42,683 nt of DNA from Octopus sinensis (GCF_006345805.1 NW_021835183.1:1-42683); one strand, 5' to 3'. Shown: positions 12,540 to 24,100, counted from the first letter of the stretch. Notes: generated from the letters alone by a model not told the origin. A program made the numbers and translations.

Positions 12540-12849
12540 ATATATATAATTGAGTAGTTGAATGAATTATCTTATTATGGATAATTCGGTTAACCGATTA
12601 CCTGGGTAGCAAATTCACGTCAGAAAAAAAAAACACGTTTGAAGCTACATGACTAGGGCAGAGATCACGTGCTATCGTGTGGAAATTTGTGTGTTTTTTT
12701 TAATACAAATAAATGAAAGAATGAAGTTGAACGACGGATTAACAAAATTCCTTTATAAAGGAATTTTATTAATTCGTCGTTCAACTCCATTCTTTCATTT
12801 ATATATATATATATATATATATACATATTTATATATATATGTGTGTGTG

Positions 12850-13043
12850 TGTGACCTCGTGAGTACCGCTGGCGATTTTTTTTCCCTCAGTCTTCCCTTC
12901 TCGGGATCTTTCCTTCTCCTATGTTTCCGACGAAGAGCTCCGCTCGAAACGTTAAGCCTTCCTTCTTCCCTTCTTTCCTGAGCGTCTAATAATACTCTAT
13001 TTGTTCCACGTCCTCGCGTTGTATTTTGTGCTTTTGTTTGGAT

Positions 13044-13050
<7 letters not shown>
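12850..13050 (+). mobile_element. Penelope-type repeat family G with mutated hammerhead-like core (12923-12957)
   Basis: gtttCCGACGA-agagctccgctc-GAAAC-GTT-aagc; flanks match 31535-31745. Confidence 0.6.
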
Positions 13051-13078
<28 letters not shown>

Positions 13079-13969
13079 TATATTATATATCTATATATAC
13101 ACATACACACATACATACACACATGCATACGCACATACACGGATATATCTATGTACATATGACTCCCCCTCCCCTTTAGTTAATTATTGCTGTTATTACG
13201 ACTGTTGTTGTTGTTGCTGTGCTTCCCTCTCCTCTCCCCTCCCCCATTTCTGTTCCTGCCGCACCTGCATCATATCGTAATTATTACCACCACCACCACC
13301 ACCACCTCTACTATCATCATCATCATCATAATCAACATTCAATTTCGTCTTTTCCTGCTCTTTCTCTCTCTCTCTCTCCCTTTCTCTCCCTCACTCTCTT
13401 CATTCTCTTACTCTGCCTCTCCTTCTCTCCTTATTCCTCTTTTACTCTTTCTTCTTCCTCTTCTCTCTCGTCTCTCCACTTCTTCACACTTTCTCTTTAA
13501 GATCTCTCTGCTTCCTCACCCCCCTCTCTCTCCTACCTCCTACGTCTCTCTTTTCTCTCTCTCTCCTTTTTCCTCTCTTTCTCTTTACTCTCTCTCCCCC
13601 TTTTCCTCTCTTTCTTTTTTACTCTCTCCATTTTTCCTTTTTCCTTTCTTTTCTTTTATTTACTCTCCTTTTTCCTCTTCTTCTTTTTTACTCTTTCCTT
13701 TTCTCCTTTTTACTCTCTCTCTCTCTCTCCTTTTCCTCTCTTTCTTTTTGCTCTCTCTCTCTCTCCTTTTCCTCTCTTTCTTTTTACTCTCTCTCTCTCT
13801 CTCTCTCTCTTTCTCTAAATTCTATTTCTATATCTTCCTCTTCTATCCCTATTGTTGTAGTGTCCCCCTTCCAGCAATGGAAACCCCACCTGTTTGTCTC
13901 CTGGGGTCGCTGTAATCAACTAATCCCCTCCCACTAAAATTGCTACACTTGTGGCAAAATTTGAAACCG

Positions 13970-14449
13970 AGATTGTATGGTGGACCCGTTTGAAAGGGCT
14001 AAAGTCAGACATTTTCCTCTTTGGTCAAGGCCTGATCAACTTTTTCAAGCTTCACTTGAAAAGGAAGATGAGGTTAGAGAGGAAAGTGCTGTCTGATAGC
14101 AAGTTTTCTGAAAGGTGGGTGAATTGTGCAAGAATGGACCAATTCTGATATTTCGCCTGTAATTGAAATAGGTATTATAAAAGGAGAAAGGGGCTCTCTA
14201 CCCACCTTTTGACCAGGCTTCCGTGGCTTTTATGGGTTTTTCCACGTGAGACCTTTTCTTTTTTTCGAAGCGTCTCCTCTATTGGGAGTTTTGTAAATTG
14301 TTGAATTTCTTTCGTTGTTATAAAGCTTGTTTACTCGGACTTTTTTCTTTCGAAAAACGGACAAAACCTTTTGTAACCCTTCGTCCTGTTTTGTCCCTTT
14401 GTGTTTTCCAATCATATTTGTCAGCCCTTGTGGCCAATAAAAAGAATCG

Positions 14450-14505
<56 letters not shown>
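13970..14505 (+). mobile_element. 5'-truncated Tx1/L1-like LINE (ORF2 C-terminus, 3' UTR, AATAAA, (TTA)n tail)
   Basis: Translates EIVWWTRLKGLKSDIFLFGQGLINFFKLHLKRKMRLERKVLSDSKFSERW, resembling the AKxxIWxxR...E...F...W C-terminus of Tx1/L1 ORF2. About 90% similar by eye to 29930-30110. AATAAA at 14436-14441. Confidence 0.7.
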
Positions 14506-14524
14506 CTATTTTTTTTATTTCTAG

Positions 14525-14812
14525 GTTTTGTCCTTAATGGACTCAACAGCGTTAATGCCACTTCCTTAGAGAGACGGTTTGGGCTGAGTAGTTCCAACAT
14601 TGGCATGATAGCCAGCGTCTACGACATATCGGCAGCCATATTTGGAGTACTCATCAGTTACTTGTGTTCCAGAGGACACAAACCACGATGTTTAGGAATC
14701 TCTATCTTGGTGATGGGCCTTGGTTCCTTAGTAATGGCTCTTCCACATTTTACCACTGATCGTTACAAAATGGGATCGGAAAATGTGCTAGACCAAAGTG
14801 TCTGCCTAACAG
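14525..14812 (+). CDS. SLCO: OATP/SLCO organic anion transporter, internal coding exon (first one found in window; end of TM1 to ECL2)
   Basis: Acceptor tttctag|G at 14523-14524, donor AG|gtaaga at 14813. 288 nt, phase 1-1. Translates (G)FVLNGLNSVNATSLERRFGLSSSNIGMIASVYDISAAIFGVLISYLCSRGHKPRCLGISILVMGLGSLVMALPHFTTDRYKMGSENVLDQSVCLT(G). LERRF, HxPRxLG and LPHF are characteristic OATP motifs. Confidence 0.95.
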
Positions 14813-15330
14813 GTAAGAACAAAACAATTTTGCTGTTTCCTCTCTCCATCTCCTTTTTTTCTCTACCCTCTATCCCTCTCTCTCTCTCTCTCTCTCCGTC
14901 TCTCTGCCTTTTCCTGCTGTATGGATAGCCTGCCCACTTCTGGCCATCACCTCTCCTCGTCTAGTAGGAGACCTAAGCTGCCCCGAAAACATATTCAGGG
15001 AGAATGCCATCACTTTGTTCATATTTTGATAAATCTTCACTGAGGAAGATTTTGCGCAAAAGATTAAATTCCTTTTTTTTACCTATTACATAATTATCTA
15101 AAACGTGCGTATTAAAAACATTTGAAAGATCATTGCTACGTATGCATGTGCATAGTACATCCATCCATACATACATACATACATGTTTTCGTACGTACAT
15201 GCATGCATGCATGCATACACACATACGTACATACGTACCTATATCTTGGAAAATCAGGATCATAATGGACAACTGCTTTTATACCCGGATAATAAATTCT
15301 CATTTATACCAACAGTATTTTCGAGGAAAT

Positions 15331-16030
15331 GCTTCTCGGTTCAGTCCCACTGCGTAGCGCCCTGGGCAAGTCTCTTCTACAATAGCTTCGGGCCGACCAA
15401 AGCCTTGCGAGTGGATTTGGTAGCAGAGACTTAAAGAAGCTTGTCGTATGTGTGTATGTGTGTGCGTGCTTGTGTGCGTATATTTATGTGTCTGTGTGTC
15501 TCCACCCCTAACCGCCATCGTTTGACCAACAATACTGGTGTGCCTATGTCCCTGTAAGCTAGCGGTTCGACAAAAAGGCTGATGGAATACGTTGCTGAGA
15601 CCCCCTTCGGTCATGACTGACCATGGGATTGCACCTAGGAAGTTCTCATCTGTGGCACAAGTCCGGGCAAGGTTGTTTATGGAAGAACAGCAGTCACCCA
15701 TGAATGCCGGCCTCCCCTCTCCACGCGACCAGTGTTATCCAAGGGGAAGGCAAAGGGGCCGATACAGCTTGGCACCTGAGTGAACTGGAGCAACGGGAAG
15801 TAAAGTGTCTTGCTCAACAACACAACACGCAGCCCGGTTCGGGATTCGAACTCACGACCTCGCGATCGTAAGCTCGACGCTCTAACCACTGAGCCATGCG
15901 ACTTCACTTAGAATACATACTAGGCTTTCAAAAAACGAATAAGTTCTGGGTTCGATGTTTTCGACTAAAATCCTTTAAGGTGGCGCTCCAGCCTGGCCGC
16001 AGTCAAACGATTGAAACAAGTAAAAAAATT
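15331..16030 (+). mobile_element. SINE family A-related copy split by a nested SINE
   Basis: Family A sequence at 15331-15590 resumes at 15909-16030. Confidence 0.8.
15591..15908 (-). mobile_element. tRNA-derived SINE family C nested in a family A SINE
   Basis: Reverse complement head: GCATGGCTCAGTGGTTAGAGCG (A box) ...GAGTTCGAATCC (B box). Flanked by tggaatac (15583-15590) and tagaatac (15909-15916), a probable TSD. Confidence 0.85.
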
Positions 16031-16265
16031 GTAAAAGAAATATATACACACACACAAACACGAGAACATACATATTTCTGCCTTTGTGTGTGTGTGTGTG
16101 TGTGTTTGTGTGTATGTACGCGCGTGTGGGTGTATACACGAATAGTAGCTGCGATTAGTTCTATATTTATACACGCCAGACAACAATCACATGACCCTAA
16201 TTACGGAAAGTATGAATACAATAAACAACTTTGTGAAAATTTGGGGCACATTTAACAAATACAGT

Positions 16266-16338
<73 letters not shown>

Positions 16339-16794
16339 ATATACATACATATATATATATATATATACAAAATATATAATTATATATACATAATTATAGT
16401 AACAACATTATTTGACTCATTGACTTGTGCCTATGTGGTAAATAATGTAGTTCTTAGACCCATTTCGCGTCTATTTCTAGCATGTGGCGCTACTCATTAG
16501 TGCCCTTACTATAATTATATTTATTTAATTCTGTATTTTGTATAAATCGTTGCCTATATGGTTTATTACATGCTGGCTACTTCATAAAATCTTATATAGA
16601 TTTTATGTTTGATTATAAAGATATATATACATATGTATACGCACGCATGCGCACACACACACACATGCTATTATCTCAATCTAAATATGTAAGTGGAAGT
16701 TCGTGTCTGTATATGTAAGACTGTGTTGTACATATGTGTATATGTATAATGTAGACACATGAAACGTATGTGTAGACAAATACACAAACAGACT

Positions 16795-17243
16795 ATCTAT
16801 CTATCCGCTCAGTCGAAGTCGATTCTCGGTTACTCGATGGATCAGTGTCCTCCAGTCAATTCTATCCTGGGCCGCTTCTTTCAGATTGGCTATGTCCATT
16901 CCGGTATCACTCTTGATGGTGTCAAGCCAGCGGGTTCTTGGACGCCCTCTTCCTCTCTTGCCACTGACCATTCCGAGCATGATGTCCTTCTCCAGGGATT
17001 TTCTCCGTATAATATGACCAAAATATGCCAATCTATGCTTGGTGATCCTAGCTTCTAGCGACAGTTTCGGCTTGATCTGGTTAAGAACTTCTCCATTGGT
17101 GAGCCTCGCTGTCCATGGAATCCGTAAAAGTCCAACACCAAAGCTCGAATGCATTAATTCTCTTCTGGTCAGCTTTCTTTAGTGTCCAGGTCTCGCATCC
17201 ATATGTTGCTATTGGGAAGACGATTGCATTCACCAATCTGCAA
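16795..17243 (-). mobile_element. RTE-clade (BovB-like) LINE, 3'-terminal fragment with a frameshifting deletion
   Basis: Minus strand: RLVNAIVFPIATYGCETWTLKKADQKRINAFELWCW / LLRIPWTARLTN...YFGHIIRRKSLEKDIMLGMVSGKRGRGRPRTRWLD...DRIDWRTLIHRVTENRLRLSG*, the typical RTE/BovB C-terminus. Confidence 0.92.
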
Positions 17244-17541
17244 ATAGACAGACAGGTAGAAAGCAAGATGTAGATAAAAACAAAAATAAATTGAAAAAAC
17301 AAGAACCGGAGACGTTCACAGTCATTATTATTATTAGATTGACGGTTAAGGAAAAATGAAAGAGTAAAAGTTATAACGTTTTGGACATTGGTCCTTCTTC
17401 GGATATTAGAGAAATATTCAAGAGAAACTAGAAAAGAGAGAATGTGTGTGTGTATGTATGTATGTATGTATGTATGTATGTATGTTGGTATGTATGTGTG
17501 TAAATATATATGTGTGTATAAGTGCTCACATACATATATAC

Positions 17542-17760
17542 TAGTGGTTTTCAACCAGGGTTCCGCAGAACCTTAAAGTTCCGCTAGCACAGTCCAGGGG
17601 TTCCGCAAGAAGTTACAAAACTGCTAAAATCGGCAGTAATTTTTAAGTCTCCTGTGCAGATATGTGTGCATAAGACTATTAAATTATTGCACAGGGGTTC
17701 CTCGAGCCAGTGGAATGTTTCCTTGGGATTCCGCTTCAGCAAAACGTTTGAAAAGCACTG
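17542..17760. mobile_element. hAT-type MITE with 8-bp TSD
   Basis: Termini tagtggttttcaacc...gtttgaaaagcactg are imperfect TIRs. Identical atatatac on both sides (17534-17541 and 17761-17768). Confidence 0.85.
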
Positions 17761-17799
17761 ATATATACAAACATATATATGTGCATACATATATACATA

Positions 17800-18277
17800 C
17801 AGGGTGCGATGGGTAAATTGATGCCATGTTATATTTTTAATTTCACGCATGCGCATTGTTTGTTTCCTATTTTGTCGGCTACGCATTATAGTAGGGTCAT
17901 CTAGGCACAATCTTTGAGAAAAAACAGCACCATGACCCACTTCACTCTGCCAGAAATTCGGAAACGCATGCTGTGCCGCTTGGCATTCGCCCTGGAAGCT
18001 CCAGTACGAACAGATGGCGAACGCGCAGAAGAACCGTTGGTTTGCCGTGTCCCGAAAACGTGTAGCGAGAGTGATAAAGATCGAATATCCCGTCAACATC
18101 ATGGGTGTTTGGAGTGATCAGGAGTGATGGCGACGTTATGCCTCCATTCATCTTCCTACACGCAACACGGAGGCCTACGTCAAGTGTCTGGAGGAGGTAG
18201 TGCTGCCCTGGGTCAAGAGTGTGGCAACTGGAAGACCCTATGTCTGGCAACAGGACTCTGTACCATGCCACACAAGC
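17800..18277 (+). mobile_element. Internally deleted Tc1/mariner-superfamily transposon (5' TIR plus transposase fragment), copy 1
   Basis: Starts TA|CAGGGTG. Frameshifted transposase remnants ...DGDVMPPFIF... and NTEAYVKCLEEVVLPWVKSVATGRPYVWQQDSVPCHTS (second catalytic Asp in QQD). No 3' TIR. Confidence 0.85.
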
Positions 18278-18567
18278 ACATACATACATATATATGTATG
18301 TATATATACATATATATATAAACAAATCAAATTGCGATAAAATAAAAATAATTATAATCGCTGGTATTACTAACATATATATATATATATATATATGTGT
18401 GTGTATATTTGTATGTATGTATGTGTATATATACATCCATACATACATGTGTGATCATATATATATATTATACATATATGTACGTATATAGATATATAGA
18501 TATCTTATATGTGCATTTGTGTGTGCGTGTGTGTACACAACTATATATGTGCATACATATATACATA

Positions 18568-19045
18568 CAGGGTGCGATGGGTAAATTGATGCCATGTTAT
18601 ATTTTTAATTTCACGCATGCGCATTGTTTGTTTCCTATTTTGTCGGCTACGCATTATAGTAGGGTCATCTAGGCACAATCTTTGAGAAAAAACAGCACCA
18701 TGACCCACTTCACTCTGCCAGAAATTCGGAAACGCATGCTGTGCCGCTTGGCATTCGCCCTGGAAGCTCCAGTACGAACAGATGGCGAACGCGCAGAAGA
18801 ACCGTTGGTTTGCCGTGTCCCGAAAACGTGTAGCGAGAGTGATAAAGATCGAATATCCCGTCAACATCATGGGTGTTTGGAGTGATCAGGAGTGATGGCG
18901 ACGTTATGCCTCCATTCATCTTCCTACACGCAACACGGAGGCCTACGTCAAGTGTCTGGAGGAGGTAGTGCTGCCCTGGGTCAAGAGTGTGGCAACTGGA
19001 AGACCCTATGTCTGGCAACAGGACTCTGTACCATGCCACACAAGC
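18568..19045 (+). mobile_element. Same Tc1/mariner fragment, copy 2 (part of a 768-bp tandem duplication)
   Basis: Appears identical to 17800-18277 at offset 768. Confidence 0.85.
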
Positions 19046-19340
19046 ACATACATACATATATATGTATGTATATATACATATATATATATAAACAAATCAA
19101 ATTGCGATAAAATAAAAATAATTATAATCGCTGGTATTACTAACATATATATATATATATATATATGTGTGTGTATATTTGTATGTATGTATGTGTATAT
19201 ATACATCCATACATACATGTGTGATCATATATATATATATTATACATATATGTACGTATATAGATATATAGATATCTTATATGTGCATTTGTGTGTGCGT
19301 GTGTGTACACAACTATATATGTATATGCGTATATATATAC

Positions 19341-19381
<41 letters not shown>

Positions 19382-20050
19382 ATATTAATCTCTATGCTCC
19401 TTTATTATAAATTTATTATATGTGTGTGTGTGTGTTTACATATCTACATCTAATCTATCTAGGTATATATAACAAATGCATGCGTGCATACACACATAGA
19501 CACACAGTCGCATACGACACACACACACACACACACACACATGATGCTTGGTTTATCTTATCTAACAATAAGCTATCTCATTGCTGAATGATTTGAGAAA
19601 ACCTGACAATTAACGAGACCCAGCGTAAACCTAATACTCCAAACTCAGCCTCTCGACAGGATTAATTGGCTGTTTTTTTTTGGAATGACATTCCTCTGGA
19701 ACTGCCATACGTCTTTCTAGTCCAACTTTGGTCTTAGACACTTCGTAACGCACTACGCGTATTGTATATCGCTAGCCTGAAGTTAAGAAGTTGGTAGTTC
19801 TGAGAAGTTGTGACGCAGCCGTTTGGGCGCCGCCAATTTGGCGTCGCCGATTCGACGCTGTTTTTCTTTCGTCGCTCCCTTTCTCCTCTCTTTCTCTCTT
19901 CCCCCCCTCTCTCTCTCTCTCTCCCTCTACGCTTCTCTGTTATTGTGTGAGCATCTAGTTTGTATGTTTAACTTTTCTCTATTTCTTTCTTTCTCACTTT
20001 CTCTATCTCCCTCCCTCGCTCTCTCTCCCTCTCACTCCCTCTCTCTCCCT

Positions 20051-20083
<33 letters not shown>

Positions 20084-20560
20084 CCTATCTATGTTTATGC
20101 GTATGGGCATCTAGTTACATTTGTATGTATGTGTAATCTTTTTCTCTCGCTTTCTCTCTCTCTCTCACTCTCTCTATCTCTCTCTCTCCCTGTTTATGTA
20201 TAAGACTCCCAAGTTACCTTTTTATATATAATTTCTACTGTTTCTCTCTCACCCCCTCTCTCACCCTCCTCCTTCTCACTGCCTCTCCCTCTCTGTCTAT
20301 CGATCCGTCTACCTATCTATACTTATATGTGTGAGCATATAAGTATAGATACCTGTATATGTATCTGTATATGCGTTTGTGTATATGTGTCTGTGTGTGC
20401 ATGTGAGTACGTGAGTATGTGTGTTTCCCTCCCCCTCACACTCACACACCCCAGTGCTAAAACGCACTGTTGCCAAAACAGGTTCAATATTCAGTCACCC
20501 ATGTCAAATTACTAGCGTCCAAACTGCTGCGCCCAATTGTCTCGTCCCAAAGATTAGTAT

Positions 20561-20868
20561 TTTTGTATGTTCCTTTTCGAGCCATGCCTGGCTCATAAGG
20601 GCCGGGTTCCCGGTTTCTTGGCGTATAGGTTCCCCACCTGGACGGGACGCCGGTCCGTCGCAGGTGAGCTGCAAGATGCAGGAGGAAAGATTGAGAGAAA
20701 GTTGTGGCGAAAGAGTCAGCAGAAGTCTCGCCATTACCTTCTGCCGGAGCCGCGTGGAGCTTAGGTGTTTTCGCTCATAAACACACACATCGCCCGGTCT
20801 GAGATTCGAACCCGCAATCCCTCGACCGCGAGTCCTCTGCTCTAACCACTAGGCCATGTGCCTCCACA
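20561..20868 (-). mobile_element. tRNA-derived SINE family E
   Basis: Reverse complement head GGAGGCACATGGCCTAGTGGTTAGAGCAG...GGGTTCGAATCTC. Its 3' part matches 38250-38395. Confidence 0.85.
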
Positions 20869-20990
20869 TTCCTACATGGTTTTGTGTAGTACAGTGTTGG
20901 ATTGGAACGAATTACTACTAAACCACTAGTAATTTATGCTGTATGTATATGTATATATGTACATAATTATATTAGTGTATATGTGTGTGT

Positions 20991-21373
20991 GGAGGCGCAA
21001 TGGCCCAGTGGTTAGGGCAGCGGACTCGCGGTCGTAGGATCGCGGTTTCGATTCCCAGACCGGGCGTTGTGAGTGTTTATTGAACGAAAACACCTAAAGC
21101 TCCACGAGGCTCCGGCAGGGGATGGTGGTGATCCCTGCTGTACTCTTTCACCACAACTTTCTCTCACTCTTACTTCCTGTTTCTGTTGTACCTGTATTTC
21201 AAAGGGCCGGCCTTGTCACTCTCTGTGTCACGCTGAATATCCCCGAGAACTACGTTAAGAGTATACGTGTCTGTGGAGTGCTCAGCCACTTACACGTTAA
21301 TTTCACGAGCAGGCTGTTCCGTTGATTCGGATCAACCGGAACCCTCGTCGTCGTAACCGACGGAGTGCTTCCA
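20991..21373 (+). mobile_element. tRNA-derived SINE family D
   Basis: ggaggcgcaatggcccagtggttagggcagcggactcgcggtcgtaggatcgcggtttcgattccc...; matches 2514-2900. Confidence 0.9.
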
Positions 21374-21396
21374 AAAATATGTGTGTAATTGTGTGC

Positions 21397-21460
21397 AATT
21401 CGAACCCGCGATCCCTCGACCGCGAGTTCGCTGCTCTAACCACTAGGCCATGTGCCTCCA
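21397..21460 (-). mobile_element. Isolated family E SINE head
   Basis: attcgaacccgcgatccctcgaccgcgagttcgctgctctaaccactaggccatgtgcctcca, similar to 20805-20868. Confidence 0.8.
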
Positions 21461-21899
21461 CAAAGATTAGTATCCGCAACTTACGTGTGTGTGTGTGTGT
21501 GAGTGCGTGCGTGTATGTGAACGTGTATGTGCGAGTATGTGCGTTTGTGTGTATGTTTGTGTGTGTGTGCGTGGTATTTCATGTAATGAGTATGGCTTGC
21601 TTCCTAAATAAGTACATACCTACAGGCTCCTCGCTTCCAACAGCTCTTCAGATTATCAGCCGCGTTCTTAGGGGGTCGTTTATTTAAGATACGTTTCGTT
21701 CAGCTCAGCAGGTTTAATCTCCAATATCTCGAAACACGTGCGTTCTTCATTCTTTGTGCGATGAGCGCGCATATCTACACACACACGCGCGCGCGCGCAT
21801 ATCTCGTATATGTGTGTGTGTACGTATGAGCAAACAGCTCGGCGTCACTTGAAGTACCAGTTAAATTATATAATTATATATATCATATATCTATATGAA

Positions 21900-21940
<41 letters not shown>

Positions 21941-22027
21941 TACATTTGTATATATATATATATATATAAATATATATATGTATATATATAATATGTATAT
22001 GTGTGTGTATATATATATATATATATG

Positions 22028-22398
22028 ACTGCGGCTATGCTGGAGCACCGCCTTTAGTCGAGCAAATCGACCCCAGGACTTATTCTTTGTAAGCCTAGTA
22101 CTTATTCTATCGGTCTCTTTTACCGAACCGCTAAGTTACGGGGACGTAAACACACCAGCATCGGTTATCAAGCGATGTTGGGGTGGGGGGACAAACAAAG
22201 ACACACACATATATATACATATGCACATTTACATATATACGACGGGCTTCTTTCAGTTTCCGTCTACCAAATCCACACACAAGGCTTTGGTTGGCCCGAG
22301 GCTATAGTAGAAGACATTTGCCCAAGGTGCCACGCAGTGGGACTGAACCCGGAACCATGTGGTTGGTAAGCAAGCTATTTACCACACAGCCACTCCTG
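22028..22398 (-). mobile_element. SINE family A
   Basis: Reverse complement of family A, lacking the extreme tail. Confidence 0.9.
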
Positions 22399-22923
22399 CT
22401 AGTATAAATTCTTTTCCTAAGTTTGTCAATTAATTCAACTTCCTACTCATTATAATGAAGTTGTTACTAATTAGGATGGCTAATGAGTTTACACATATCT
22501 CATTTCTAACATTAAGTTTTCAATGTTATTCGATCCCTCCTAAAGTAATCTTTTCAAATTTTCTCCTTCCTTTCCGCCAGTTGCTTCTCATCATTTACTT
22601 CAACACTCAAGAATATTAATCCGTAGCTCCGGTATATAATTCCCCAATTTTGGTTTGTATCGAAAGAGGGAGGAGATAGTTTATAATTTGTCGTTGTATC
22701 TCCAAATGTTGGAGATACAAACATCTTTTTCTCTTAGCTTTATTGAGAAAATTCTATAGTTTGTAAGATTTTTGTTGTTTTTTATTTCTTCAATGTCTGC
22801 AATTTCAACCAATCAATGACTTCTATTGAGGTAAAAAAACATTCTATGTCGTATGAATATGTCCCTCGTTTAAGAAACAGATTGGGTTTATTTACATTTC
22901 TGAAGAAAAAAAGATACCCTTAC

Positions 22924-23032
22924 CCTAACCCTAAAACAGATTGAAATGCAATAGATCGATACTAGGGTCATAATTATGGGTGACAATTTCATATGACACC
23001 GCTAGAAAAAACTGCCGTTCAAACCGAAAAGA
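22924..23032. repeat. Unclassified interspersed repeat beginning with cctaaccctaa (second copy 40384-40492)
   Basis: 109-bp direct match between the two positions, with about 3 differences by eye. Confidence 0.8.
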
Positions 23033-23156
23033 TCCCTTTTGTCTGTATTTTTTATTGCTGTTGCTTTTTCGTGTTTTAGTTTCTATAGTTTCTATATGGT
23101 GGTTCCAAAGTGTTTCCCTATTTTTTTTTTTGTGAGGTGGGCTCATTTATTTAATA

Positions 23157-23537
23157 CTAGCAGTGTCGCCCGGCGTTGCTCAGGTTTGTAATGGAAATAA
23201 CTATAAAGCATTTTTAGAGAGTTATAGCCAAAAAATAGCAAAAAAATGGAAAAAAAATTATGGTAAATTTTTTTTGAGAGTTAAAAAAGGTGGAGTTGCG
23301 TCCCCTGTGGTTTGGGTTTCTGATTCTCGACCCCATGTCGAATTTATCGATTTTTTTCAGAACTGGGGGAACTTTTCAAAATTTTCGCTGCGTTAGTTTT
23401 GAATTATGACATTGGGCTATGTGTGTGTCAAGTTTCATCAGAATCGGTTGAAAGCCGTGGTCAGAGTGAGGGTACGAGAAAACAGACACACAGAAACACA
23501 CACAGACAAACTGCCGTTTATATAGAGAGAGAAGAGA
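23157..23537 (-). mobile_element. Non-autonomous Helitron-like element
   Basis: On the minus strand: A|TC at the 5' end, (ACAG)n-like microsatellite, and a 3' GC-rich hairpin remnant cctgagcaacgccggg followed by CTAG|T. Homologous to 40838-41255. Confidence 0.75.
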
Positions 23538-24100
23538 TGTTGTCGTTTCTTTTTTTTCTTTTCTCATTGTATACGTAGCAGGATTTTATTGTACAGGCGG
23601 CCATTTTTTATTATCTCACTCTCTTTTGTATACCCTTGTGCTTTGTATGAAAGTCAGATCTATTGTGCTGACAACGTTGGTTTGTGCTGGGTCATCTTTT
23701 TCATGTCTAATCTTTTTTTATCTAGCTTTATTTTTCAACGAATATTCTTTTTATAGACGGGTCCTTATTTCAATTTTTAAAAATTTTGTTATTGTTTATT
23801 GTTATGTCCGTATACTCGTTGATATAGTCACAATGATGTTTTAGCCCCCTTCGCTTTTTAACTCGCCCTCCACTATATCCCCTACGTCCCTTTTATAATG
23901 TTCATGCCTGTTGGACATATTGTTGATATGTTATAGAAATGTAACCAGATAATGTAGAATTAATTAGGCGACCGTTCCCTTTTAAAATTTGATTTATTTA
24001 TCTACGCTGACAGTGAGAGACGGGACCTTTGTGTTCGGATTTGACACTTTTAAAGGAGATCGTTTCTTAACTACGCGATAACTTATCTTTCCCTATCATC

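Noticed and set aside
20991-21065. tRNA gene (also at 2830-2900, 15835-15905 and 20800-20868)
   Set aside because: The A/B-box heads continue into shared SINE bodies found in multiple copies, and there is no clean cloverleaf. They are SINE heads.
22917-22933. Interstitial telomeric repeat (ccctta/ccctaa)
   Set aside because: Only 2-3 units, and they are part of an interspersed repeat also found at 40384.
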